NCBI GenBank assembly: GCA_963663165.1
Contig: OY760175.1
Coordinates: 1,312,001-1,376,000, forward strand
Length of the DNA stretch: 64,000 nucleotides
Direction: 5' to 3'
Source of the DNA: an uncultured Desulfospira sp.
Lineage (GTDB): Bacteria; Desulfobacterota; Desulfobacteria; Desulfobacterales; Desulfobacteraceae
The notes under the pieces are model-generated. The model was not told where the DNA came from, ran no database searches, and saw only the letters and a list, made by a program, of their open reading frames with translations. Shown piece by piece: positions 1 to 9,800 of this stretch (positions within the stretch are counted from its first letter, which is position 1; every line of letters starts with the position of its first letter). The position numbers and the translations under genes were made by a program.

Positions 1-2
1 TC

Positions 3-203
3 ATGGTATTGAACATCCAGATGGGCATGTTAACCCCTCCCTTCGGGCTCAACCTGTTTGTGTCTTCAGGCATTACCAAAGCCCCGCTGGTGGAGATCGC
101 CCGGGGCGTGCTGCCCTTTTTGGGCATCATGCTCATCTGCCTGATGCTGGTCACTTATATCCCGTGGATATCGCTGGCCCTGCCGGAACTGCTTTTGGAT
201 TAG
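3..203 (+). CDS. TRAP transporter large permease (DctM-like), C-terminal part; 5' end outside window
   Basis: GMLTPPFGLNLFV and LVTYIPWISLALP are typical DctM C-terminal motifs. Confidence 0.85.
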   Translation: MVLNIQMGMLTPPFGLNLFVSSGITKAPLVEIARGVLPFLGIMLICLMLVTYIPWISLALPELLLD

Positions 204-273
204 TGTTTGACCCAAATACAGGTTCAGGCATCGGTTTAAAAAAACAACCCTTATTTCAAAACATAATTTGTAA

Positions 274-2314
274 ATGAAACATTCAAATTCCAATGATGTA
301 TCCGGCATTTCAAGGCTGGATCTCAGACTGTGGAAAGAATACCTTTATATTGCCCAGGAATTCTGGCTTCCCCGGGAGTTAAAAAGCAGTCCCCGGTTTA
401 TTCTATTAATCTGCCTGTTAATGGCCTTTGTGGCATCCCTTCTCTTTTTCTTTATTGCCGCTGTAACCACCGTTACCCATGCGGCCGCCCCGGATCTTAC
501 CGGAAAGATGGCACCCGGATTAATGAACTGGGTCAACGCAATCGTCCAAAGCCCCCTGTGTTTTGTAATGGCGGCAGGCTTCCTGGTTCCGGTTCTGGTC
601 TTTGGGTCTTATTCCAAAAAGCTGTCCGTTTTCCTGAAACCCTGGGCACTGCTCGGGATCCTGCTGCTGCTGTCCTTTACCGTCAGCGGCCTGAATGTGG
701 TGATCAGCTATGTGGGCCGGTTTTTCCAGACGGCCCTGGCCGGCAAAGATCAGGCCACCTTCTGGCGGTTTCTGTATGTCTACGCCTCGGTATTTGTCAT
801 CGGAACCCCCATTGTGGTCATCTACAGTTATACGCGAAAGAAGCTTGGCCTGATCTGGAGAGAATGGATCACCACAGATTTTATCCATCATTATCTGACC
901 AACCGGGCCTACTACACCCTGACCGGCAGCAAAGACATCGACAACCCGGATCAGCGGATGGCCGAAGACTTAAAAGAATTCACCATCACCAGCCTGAACT
1001 TTCTGCTCATTATTTTAGGGGCTGTGGTGGACCTGGTCGCCTTTACCGGCATTCTCTGGTCCATATCCTGGCTTTTATCCGGGATCCTGCTGGCCTACGC
1101 CATTGTGGGAACCCTGATCACTATCTTCATTGGAAAGCGGCTGGTGGGCTTAAATTATAACCAGCTTAAAAAAGAAGCGGATTTCAGGTACGGCCTGATC
1201 CATATCCGGGACAATGCCGAATCCATCGCCTTTTATAAAGGAGAAACCGGGGAAAAGGAGCAAATCACCAAACGCTTTAAAGAAGTCCTGAAAAACTTTA
1301 ATTTTTTAATCGGATGGCAGCGGAACCTTGATTTTTTCACCACCGGCTATAATTAGTGTTTGAACGAAAAGTCACCCATCTGCTGTGTTGCAGGAAAAGT
1401 TGCAATCCTCACAACCCCATGGTTGCTCCGGTTGCAACTTTCCCTGCGCCTTGCACCTGGGCAACTTTTCGTCCAAACACGGGGTTTTCGTTCAGGCACT
1501 AATTATCTGGTCATCATTCTTCCGGCCATGATCGTGGCCCCCATGTACTTTGCCGGCAAGGTTGAATTTGGGGAAATCTCCCAGGCATCCTTTGCCTTTG
1601 GCCAGGTGTTGGGGGCCTTTTCCATTATTGTCCAGTACTTTGACAGCATCAGCGCCTTTGCCGCCGGCATCAACCGGGTATCCAGCTTTAAAGACACCGG
1701 ATTTCAGGCAGACCCTGATCCAGGACCTGTCCGTAAGCCTTGAAAAAGGGGACAGCATCCTGATCATGGGGCATTCGGGTGCCGGAAAAAGCTCACTGCT
1801 CAGGGGGATCGCAGGTCTGTGGACCTCGGGCAGCGGCACCATTGAACACCCGCCGGCAGACCGGGTCATGTTTCTTCCCCAGAAACCCTACATGGTCCTG
1901 GGCTCTTTAAGGGATCAGCTCCAATACCCGTCCGGACAGTTTCTTGACAATGACCGGATCCGGACGGTTATGGCAACGGTCAACTTAAAAGACCTGTATC
2001 TCAAACTTGAAGCCGCCGCCCCGGACGGCGCTTTTCTGGATGTGGAAAAAAACTGGGAAGAAATCCTCTCCCAAGGGGAGCAGCAGCGCCTGGCCTTTGC
2101 CAGACTGCTTATCGCCCAGCCTGAATTCGCCATCTTAGATGAGGCCACATCCGCCCTTGATGTTGACAATGAAAAAGCCCTTTACCAGCTGTTATCAAAG
2201 CTGAACACCCAGTACATCAGCGTCGGCCACAGACCGACCCTGTCCGCCTTTCACCATACCATTTTAACCCTTGAGGGAAACGGGAAATGGTCCATTCGCG
2301 GAACCATGGGCTGA
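274..2314 (+). pseudogene. ABC transporter fused permease/ATPase (ABCD/YddA-like), disrupted twice
   Basis: DNPDQR and EADFRYGL..AESIAFY in 274-1356; Walker A GHSGAGKS, LSQGEQQR and ILDEATSALD in 1550-2314. A 144-bp insertion at 1356 creates a TAG; a frameshift near 1690 joins SSFKD to LKTPD. Confidence 0.85.
1356..1499. mobile_element. 144-bp MITE with TAATTA target-site duplication
   Basis: Ends GTGTTTGAACGAAAA / TTTTCGTTCAGGCAC; TAATTA at 1350-1355 and 1500-1505; removal restores T-G-Y-N-Y-L-V-I. Confidence 0.9.
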
Positions 2315-2362
2315 ATTCTGGTTTTTTGACGAAAAAGGATTTGGGCTTATCTTCAATATAAC

Positions 2363-2429
2363 AGACTTGGGACTTGGGGATTGCAGCATCCGCGGCCTCC
2401 CCAAGTCCCATATCCCAAGTCCCAAGTCT
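2363..2429. repeat. Heptamer hairpin repeat, GGGACTT family
   Basis: (GGGACTT)n arm, loop TTGCAGCATCCGCGGCCTCC, (CCCAAGT/CCCATAT)n arm; relatives at 27075 and 40113. Confidence 0.85.
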
Positions 2430-2581
2430 ATACATTACATTCAAAATCAGCAAGGTAGATCCAAATCAATGTCAGGTTTCTTTACACCCTGAAAATCCCT
2501 TTTTCGGGTGATTGAATTTCTGCGGACGGGAAATCAATTATATTTTCTATAAAATAAGCCGGTTACCTTTCTTTCACTTCA

Positions 2582-2597
2582 TGGCACGCCTGTTGCT
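2582..2597 (+). promoter_or_regulatory. Sigma54 (-24/-12) promoter
   Basis: TGGCAC-GCCTG-TTGCT matches TGGCAC-N5-TTGCW, about 60 bp before the CBS gene. Confidence 0.75.
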
Positions 2598-2659
2598 CTA
2601 TACCTTAAGTAGAAAAGCCATACATCCAACCGTGTCATCTATAAAAAAAGGAGGTGAAT

Positions 2660-3337
2660 ATGCTGATAAAAGACTGGATGAGCAAACCTGCCGTAACCAT
2701 CGGCAAGGAAGAGTCTTTAAACAGTGCCGCAAAAATGATGCGGACCCGGGTAATCTCCATGCTGCCGGTGATGGATGCCGACCGAATCGTCGGCGTGGTC
2801 ACGGACGGGGACATTAAAAAGGCCATGCCTTCAGACGCCACGACCCTGGACCGGTTCGAAATCCGGTCTTTGCTGGATTCTGTGGCCATTAAAAAGGTGA
2901 TGTCACACCCGGTAATCACTGTTGAATTGGACTGGACTGTGGACGAAGGGGCAAGCCTCATGCTCAGGAATGCCATCAGCGCCCTGCCGGTTACAGACGC
3001 TTCCGGAAAACTGGCCGGGGTCATTACCAAAAGCGATATTTTCAGGTGTTTTGTCTCTTTCACCGGTGTGGCGGCCTCAGGACAGATTTTCTCCTTTAAA
3101 ATCCAGGACAAACCCGGCAGCATCAAACGGGTAACCGACCTGATCCGGAACAGCGGCGGACGGCTGTGCAGTATCATGACCTCATATGATGATATTGAAG
3201 AGGGATACCGCAAGGCATTTTTCCATACACTGGATATTGCTCCTGAAAAATTTGACCACATCGTGGACCAGCTGGGCCCGGCCGGAGAACTGAGCTATGC
3301 CGCCGACCTTTCAAGGGGATACCGGAAACTATTCTAA
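2660..3337 (+). CDS. CBS-pair + ACT-like domain protein (AcuB-like)
   Basis: Two CBS motifs (LPVMD..IVGVVTDGDI; LPVTD..LAGVITKSDI), then DKPGSI ACT-like start; GGAGG RBS before ATG 2660. Confidence 0.8.
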   Translation: MLIKDWMSKPAVTIGKEESLNSAAKMMRTRVISMLPVMDADRIVGVVTDGDIKKAMPSDATTLDRFEIRSLLDSVAIKKVMSHPVITVELDWTVDEGASLMLRNAISALPVTDASGKLAGVITKSDIFRCFVSFTGVAASGQIFSFKIQDKPGSIKRVTDLIRNSGGRLCSIMTSYDDIEEGYRKAFFHTLDIAPEKFDHIVDQLGPAGELSYAADLSRGYRKLF

Positions 3338-3440
3338 CGGCCACGGGCCGTCTTGGTGATCCGGCCAAGAACCGCCAAAAACAAATAATGAAAGTATTTT
3401 TCAGGATGTTAGTGAAACTTTCATATAAAAGGAGAAGCGC

Positions 3441-3923
3441 ATGAAAAAGATCAAAAAAATTCTGGCCTGTGTGGACCTGTCTGAATACTCCACCATGACC
3501 CTGGAATACGCCTGTGAAATCGCCAAAGGAACTGACGCTGAAATCCTGGTCCTGAACGTCATCAACGAAAAAGATGTCTATGCCGTTGAAATGGCAGCCA
3601 GAATATACCCTGTAAACGAGGACCTTAAAACCTATGTCAAACAGATGACCGTTATCCGCAACGAAGACCTGCGCAGCCTGATAAAGGAGCGCTTTTTTGA
3701 AGAAAAATCCCGGATGACCCTGAAAATTGAAGTAGGGATCCCTTACGAGACCATCATCGAAACCGCAGAAAATGAAAATGCGGACCTGGTTGTCATGGCC
3801 AACAAAGGCCGGGGAAACCTGTCAAAGGTCTTGTTCGGCAGTGCGGCAGAAAAGGTATTCCGCCATTGTAAGGTGCCTGTCCTCAGTGTCCGGTCCAAAG
3901 ACAAATTTACCCGGAACGGTTAA
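3441..3923 (+). CDS. Universal stress protein
   Basis: KKILACVDLS, ADLVVM..G...FGS.AEKV.R...PVL. Confidence 0.9.
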   Translation: MKKIKKILACVDLSEYSTMTLEYACEIAKGTDAEILVLNVINEKDVYAVEMAARIYPVNEDLKTYVKQMTVIRNEDLRSLIKERFFEEKSRMTLKIEVGIPYETIIETAENENADLVVMANKGRGNLSKVLFGSAAEKVFRHCKVPVLSVRSKDKFTRNG

Positions 3924-6292
3924 CAGGGTAGCGCATACTCCCGGGCTTCCCTCACTTGGGAAGCCTTCAGGGGAAGGCGGATAATGAAACAGGCCCCGGC
4001 ACCTGAAAAGGATTCTACGGCCATTTCGCCCCGGTGATTTTCGGTGATGATGAAATAGGACACACTCAGGCCAAGCCCGGTCCCTTCCCCTACCGGTTTG
4101 GTGGTAAAAAAGGGTTCAAAAACCCGCTTGCGAACCTTTTCGTCCATGCCGGGGCCGTTATCCTTGATCCGGATGCTGAGCATTTCAGCATCCGGGTCTG
4201 TGGTTATCCGGATTAAAATTTCCGGCTGTTTCACCCCGGCGGCCTGCATGGCCTGGGCACTGTTGGCCAGGATATTCAACAGGACCTGCTGGATTTTATT
4301 TTCCTCACAGGGAACCGGCGGCAGATGATCTTCATAATCTTTTATAATGCGGATCTTTTTAAAATCGTATTGCTGTTTTAAGTTAAAATCCGTTGCGGCA
4401 AGTTCCAGGGTTTTATCCACGATGGCGGCCATATGGTGGGTCGCCATCAGGTCCTCGCTTTTCCGGGCAAATCCCAGCATATTTTTAACGATCCTGGAAA
4501 TCCGGATTCCGGATTCTGAAATGGTATCCAGAATGGATAAAATCTGTCGTTTTTCCATAAACGCCCTGATGTCTTCCATGGGGATGCCGGCTTCCTCTGC
4601 CGCTTCAAGGTTGGCGGGTGTATGGATACGGGCTAAGCGTTTGGTCAAAAGGTCGGTGTTCTGTATAATCCCGGATAAGGGGTTGTTGATCTCATGGGCC
4701 ATGCCGGCAGCTAAGCCCCCCACGGACATCATTTTTTCAGTCTGGACCATGATCTGCTGGGCCCGCTTGTATTCGGTGATGTCACGGGCCGTGGATTGAA
4801 CCACTGTTTTATGGCCCAAGGTCATACAAAGAGAAGAAACGCTGACATATAACAATTCGCCGTCAGGGCGTTGAAGCCGCCATTCAAAATTGGCCACCCC
4901 GCCGTCTTGAAGCTTTCTGATGATGTCATAAAACTGGGCAAGGGACAGCACCTGATCGGGTTGATAGGTCGACGAAAAATCCAGAAAACTGCGCCCGAGC
5001 AGCTGGTCCTTTGACGCGACGCCAAAGATGTCCAGGACGGCCGGGTTGCAGTCCAAAAACCGGCCGTCCAGGTCGGTTAGAATAATACCGTCCCTGGATG
5101 CCTCAAACAGGCTCCGATATTTTTTTTCCCTTTCAAGGATTTCCCTTTCCGCACGCCGGGAAACCACCAGTCCATAGGTAACCCCCAAAAAGGCCATCAC
5201 CAGCAGAACAAACAGGGACGCCATACCAAAAATCATTTTTTTATGCCGGCGGTAAAAAGAATCGGGCCGGTAAAGCAGTTCCCCCTCAAGCCCGGACGGC
5301 ACAGCAATGGCGTGACGATCCAGCTGCCTGAAGTCATACTTGAGCCCGGCCTTTGTGCCATATTGCACGGGAATATCGTCCGGGGCTTTTCCGGCCAGGA
5401 TTTGCCTCACCTTCCGGGCTGCGGCCGCGCCGTGTTCATACCCTTCGGTCAAATACCCCCCCACAATGCCCAGCCCCAGGGAAAAGTCCCAGGTGCCATA
5501 AACCGGAACCGGAGAATGGGAGGCCACCATTCTGGCGGCCTGATCGTATTCAAAAAACCGGCCGCTGCGATCCCGGAAAAACAGGGTAAACAGCACAATA
5601 TCCCCGGATTTAAGCCCCTCCAGCAAATGGATCAGCTCTGTGGCCGTAACATCATAAACCAATTGAATTTCAGGCCATTGGGGTTTGGGGGGGTGGCATA
5701 AGATTTCAACCTGCTTTTGAATCCGCTTGCCCGTGGTGGTATTGTCCGTAACAACAAGTATCCGGCGGCTGTCCGGATGGATTTTGGTGATCAGATCAAA
5801 ATTGCCCGGCAAATCAATCTGTTCGTCAACACCGGTGGCATTGGTAAGGCCCTCAAGCTCTTTAGATGAAATAAAATTAACCCCGCAGAACACCAGGGGC
5901 ACCTGTCCCCAGATATCCTTTCCCCTTTCCTTAAAAAAATCAAAGGCATTGTTGTCCGACGTAATCACCGCTGCATAGGGCCGGTCCTGGTATTTTAGCT
6001 TTAACAGGTCCGTGAGCCGGTCCAGGTATCCGTCACCATAGATCCGTTTGGTATCCATGTACTCTATATGCAGCTCAATATCGGATCCTGAAAGGGTATC
6101 CTTTATCCCCCGGGCGATCTCATCGCTCCACAAAAATCCTTTGTGATAGGAATTGAGCAACACCACCTGCCGGGTTTCCCCGGGCCCTGTTTCCCCACAT
6201 GAACAAACGCAGGGCCCGGGCAGCAATAAAAGAAGCCCCAAAAATATGATCTTGAACGTGACCCCCATGGATCGCACCCCCATATGCTTCAC
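3920..6292 (-). CDS. Membrane sensor histidine kinase (periplasmic substrate-binding-like domain + PAS + kinase)
   Basis: LLNSYHKG sensor start, TM, PAS, AHEINNPL H-box, DNGPGM, FFTTK, GTGLGL. Confidence 0.9.
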   Translation of the reverse strand: MKHMGVRSMGVTFKIIFLGLLLLLPGPCVCSCGETGPGETRQVVLLNSYHKGFLWSDEIARGIKDTLSGSDIELHIEYMDTKRIYGDGYLDRLTDLLKLKYQDRPYAAVITSDNNAFDFFKERGKDIWGQVPLVFCGVNFISSKELEGLTNATGVDEQIDLPGNFDLITKIHPDSRRILVVTDNTTTGKRIQKQVEILCHPPKPQWPEIQLVYDVTATELIHLLEGLKSGDIVLFTLFFRDRSGRFFEYDQAARMVASHSPVPVYGTWDFSLGLGIVGGYLTEGYEHGAAAARKVRQILAGKAPDDIPVQYGTKAGLKYDFRQLDRHAIAVPSGLEGELLYRPDSFYRRHKKMIFGMASLFVLLVMAFLGVTYGLVVSRRAEREILEREKKYRSLFEASRDGIILTDLDGRFLDCNPAVLDIFGVASKDQLLGRSFLDFSSTYQPDQVLSLAQFYDIIRKLQDGGVANFEWRLQRPDGELLYVSVSSLCMTLGHKTVVQSTARDITEYKRAQQIMVQTEKMMSVGGLAAGMAHEINNPLSGIIQNTDLLTKRLARIHTPANLEAAEEAGIPMEDIRAFMEKRQILSILDTISESGIRISRIVKNMLGFARKSEDLMATHHMAAIVDKTLELAATDFNLKQQYDFKKIRIIKDYEDHLPPVPCEENKIQQVLLNILANSAQAMQAAGVKQPEILIRITTDPDAEMLSIRIKDNGPGMDEKVRKRVFEPFFTTKPVGEGTGLGLSVSYFIITENHRGEMAVESFSGAGACFIIRLPLKASQVREAREYALPC

Positions 6293-6477
6293 ATCACTTC
6301 CTTATCGCAAATCCTGATCCGTCAGACTGTCTTCATCATCAACGAAATGGTTGCTGCCGCCACACACCTGATCGTGGGAACAGCCGGGAACCGTACTTTG
6401 GTTGTGCATACAATTGATCTGGATTTAATCAAATCCCCGGCCCGCTGTCAATGACTTGGCGATAGAAAATAAAACAA

Positions 6478-6562
6478 CCGGAGGCCGGAAGGCGGAAACA
6501 GGAGACCGAATGCCGCCCCCTATGGATTCGCGACGTCCGGTTTCCCGTTTCCGGTCTTTCGG
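6478..6562. repeat. Heptamer hairpin repeat, GGAGACC family
   Basis: 7-nt periodic arms in inverted orientation around a loop related to that at 13027-13119. Confidence 0.7.
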
Positions 6563-6893
6563 AGAATCCAAGTGGGAAATAAATTTACCACCCCTATCAC
6601 TTTTTTTTCTACTTATAACACATTTTTTTCACAATCACTAGACCGCCGGGGAATTGCCCATGGATTTAAAAAAACGTAACTCATTAGAATATTAAAGGAA
6701 ATAATTTTTATTGTTTTTTAACGGTTTTCGCCATGATTCTTGCATAACCAAGTAACCGTTGCATTTGTCCAAAGAGAATAGAATCAGATCCACTGAAGGC
6801 CGGCTCCTGCGAAAATGAAAAGCTTCAGGCTTTGACTTAAAGCCCCCTTCGCCAACAGAATGCTGAAGAAACCGGGTCCCCTAAAGGAGAACC

Positions 6894-9800
6894 ATGATGA
6901 GAAAAGAACAGCCCAATCCCCTGGTCATACTGATCCTGTCCATGTTTTTATTTCTTTGCAGTCAGGCTTATGCCGATGACACCACCTCAACCATCATCTA
7001 TGTAAATGCCGGGGCCAACGGCAGCCAGACCGGAACTTCCTGGGCCAATGCATTCACCGGCCTGCAGGATGGCCTTGATGCCGCTTCAGACAGCGAAACA
7101 AGCTACCAGATATGGGTGGCCAGAGGGACCTATTATCCTTCGGTGGAAAACGGAGGTTCCGGCGACCGCTTTAAATCCTTTCAGCTGAAAAACAACGTGG
7201 CCATTTACGGAGGGTTTGATCCCGATACCGGGGCCGATGAAATGGGGGAACGGGACGTTGAAGGCAACCCGACCATTCTCAGCGGCGACATCGGTACTGT
7301 GGATGATGATTCAGACAACTGCTATCATGTGTTTTACCATCCCGAGGGCACCAACCTTACCGCCACAGCGGTCCTTGACGGATTTACGATTACGGCCGGG
7401 GCTGCGGACGGGACAAGCTTGAATCAGCATGGTGCCGGCATGTTAAACTATGATTCATCCCCTACCCTTTCCAGCTGCACCTTCAGCGGCAATTCAGCTT
7501 CTTATTATGGCGGCGGCATGTACAACCTTGCATCTTCCCCGGCCCTGACCAACTGCACCTTCAGTGACAATTCAGCCGTGTACGGCGGCGGAATGAGCAA
7601 TGATTCATCGTCATCTCCAACCCTGAATGACTGCGACTTGAGTGGCAACTCGGCGTCCCGCGGCGGTGGCATGTACAATAATTCCTTGTCATCTCCAATC
7701 CTGAACAGCTGCGTTTTGAGCAGCAACTCATCATCGTCCTATGGCGGCGGTATGTTCAACAGTTCCTCGTCATCTCCAATCCTAAACAGCTGCGTTTTGA
7801 GCAGCAACTCGGCGTCCGATGGCGGCGGTATGCTCAACAGTTCCTCGTCATCTCCAACCCTGAACAGCTGCGTGGTGAACGGCAATTCAGCGTCCAGTGG
7901 CGGCGGCATGTACAATTCCTCATCCGCCCCGTTGCTGAACAGCTGCACCGTCAGTGACAATTCGGCTTCAAGTTATGATGGCGGCGGCATGCATAACAGT
8001 TCCTCATCCCCGGTTCTGGCCAACTGCACCTTTAACGGCAATTCGGCCCGATACGGCGGCGGCATCTACAATCGATATTCCTCATCCCCGACCCTGGCCA
8101 ACTGTACCATCAGCGGCAACTCGGCTTCAAGAGACGGCGGCGGCATGCACAATACATCATCTTCGTCCCCGGCCCTGACCAACTGCACCGTCAGCGGCAA
8201 TTCGGCTTCTAATTATGGCGGCGGCATATACAATGAATCTGCCTCGTCCCCGACCCTGACCAACTGTATTGTCTGGGGGAACGATGATGATACCGGCGAT
8301 CCGATTTACAATGACGAAAGCGTTCCGGTAATCTGTTACAGCTTTATCCAAAACAGCGGAGGCAGCAGCAATTGGAACATATCTTTTGGGACTGACGGCG
8401 GCCATAATATGGATGCCGACCCCCTGTTTTTCATTAACCCCGATCCGGGTCAGGGGGAATCAGGCGACCTCCACCTGCTGTCTAATTCCCCATGCAAAAA
8501 TGCCGGACTTAACCCGGGAGAGGATTTCCCTGAAACCGATATGGACGGTGAGGCGCGAATCTTTGAAGAGCAGATTGATATAGGCGCAGATGAATATAAT
8601 GATGCCGACAGCGACGGCCTGCCCGATTACTGGGAAGAAAAATACAGTATTTCCCAGCCCGGTGCAGATCCGGACACAGATGGCCTGACCAATTACCAGG
8701 AGTACCTGTCCCGTACAGACCCGGGCGTTGTTGACACAGATGGCGACGGCATCCCTGACGGTGATGAGGACTATGATAACGACGGCCTGACCAATATCGT
8801 TGAAACATCGGTTTACGGCACGTCGCCGGGCACACCGGATACGGATGGTGACGGATATACGGACTTGGATGAAATTTTTCATGGGTCATCCCCCACCGAG
8901 GCTACCGCCACACTGCCGGGGATTAATATCCATGTGAAGCCCGGGAGCTCCGGAGAATTTCCATCGGGCGGAAAGGAGTGGGAAACCGCTCTGGGAGACC
9001 TTCAAACCGCATTGGCACTTGCCGTTGCCGGGGACAGTATCTGGGTGGCCGAAGGCACCTATTATCCGTCTGCTGAATATGGAGACAGCCATTTTCGGTT
9101 CAAATCCTTTCAGATGAAAAATAATGTGGCCATTCTGGGCGGGTTTGATCCTGAAAACGGTGCCACAACCCTTGAAAGCCGTGACTGGGAGGCCAATCCC
9201 ACCATTATCAGCGGCGACATCGGCATTTTGAATGACAGCTCCGACAATTGCTACCATGTCTTTTATCACCCTGAAGGCACTGATCTGGACAACACAGCGA
9301 TTCTTGACGGATTTACCATCCGGGACGGAAATGGCGGTGGTGGCATGTTAAACATGGCTTCATCCCCGACTGTGCGCAACTGTACCTTTACTTCAAATAC
9401 CGGTGCCGGTATGTACAATGATGAATCCTCCCCAATCCTGATCAACTGCACTTTTACCGGCAATTCGGCTTCAGCAGGCGGCGGCATGGCCAATTATTCC
9501 TCCTCCCCAACCCTGACCGGCTGTACCTTTAGCGGTAATTCAGCGTCAACTTCCGGTGGCGGCATGTATAATAAAGCCTCGTCCCCGACCCTGACCCACT
9601 GTACGTTTAGCGACAATTTGGTTACAAGTACCGAAGTCAGCGTTTACAGTTATGGGGGCGCTATGTACAATAACGCCTCCTCCCCGACCCTGACCCATTG
9701 TACTTTTAGCGGCAACTCGGCCCCAAAAGGTGCCGGTGGTATCTACAATGGTGATGAATCATCTCCTGTCCTGACCCATTGTACATTCAGTGGCAACTCG

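Noticed and set aside
1354..1505. The MITE insertion totals 150 bp, stays in frame and has a single TAG before a strong hairpin, suggesting amber/pyrrolysine readthrough
   Set aside because: The TAG arises from target + element junction, and a second frameshift near 1690 breaks the gene regardless.
6729..6744. Sigma54-like motif CGCCAT-GATTC-TTGCA before the surface protein gene
   Set aside because: The invariant -24 GG is missing.
7460..8270. About 70-bp periodic repeats resembling a CRISPR array
   Set aside because: They are in-frame coding repeats of the beta-helix protein with no unique spacers.
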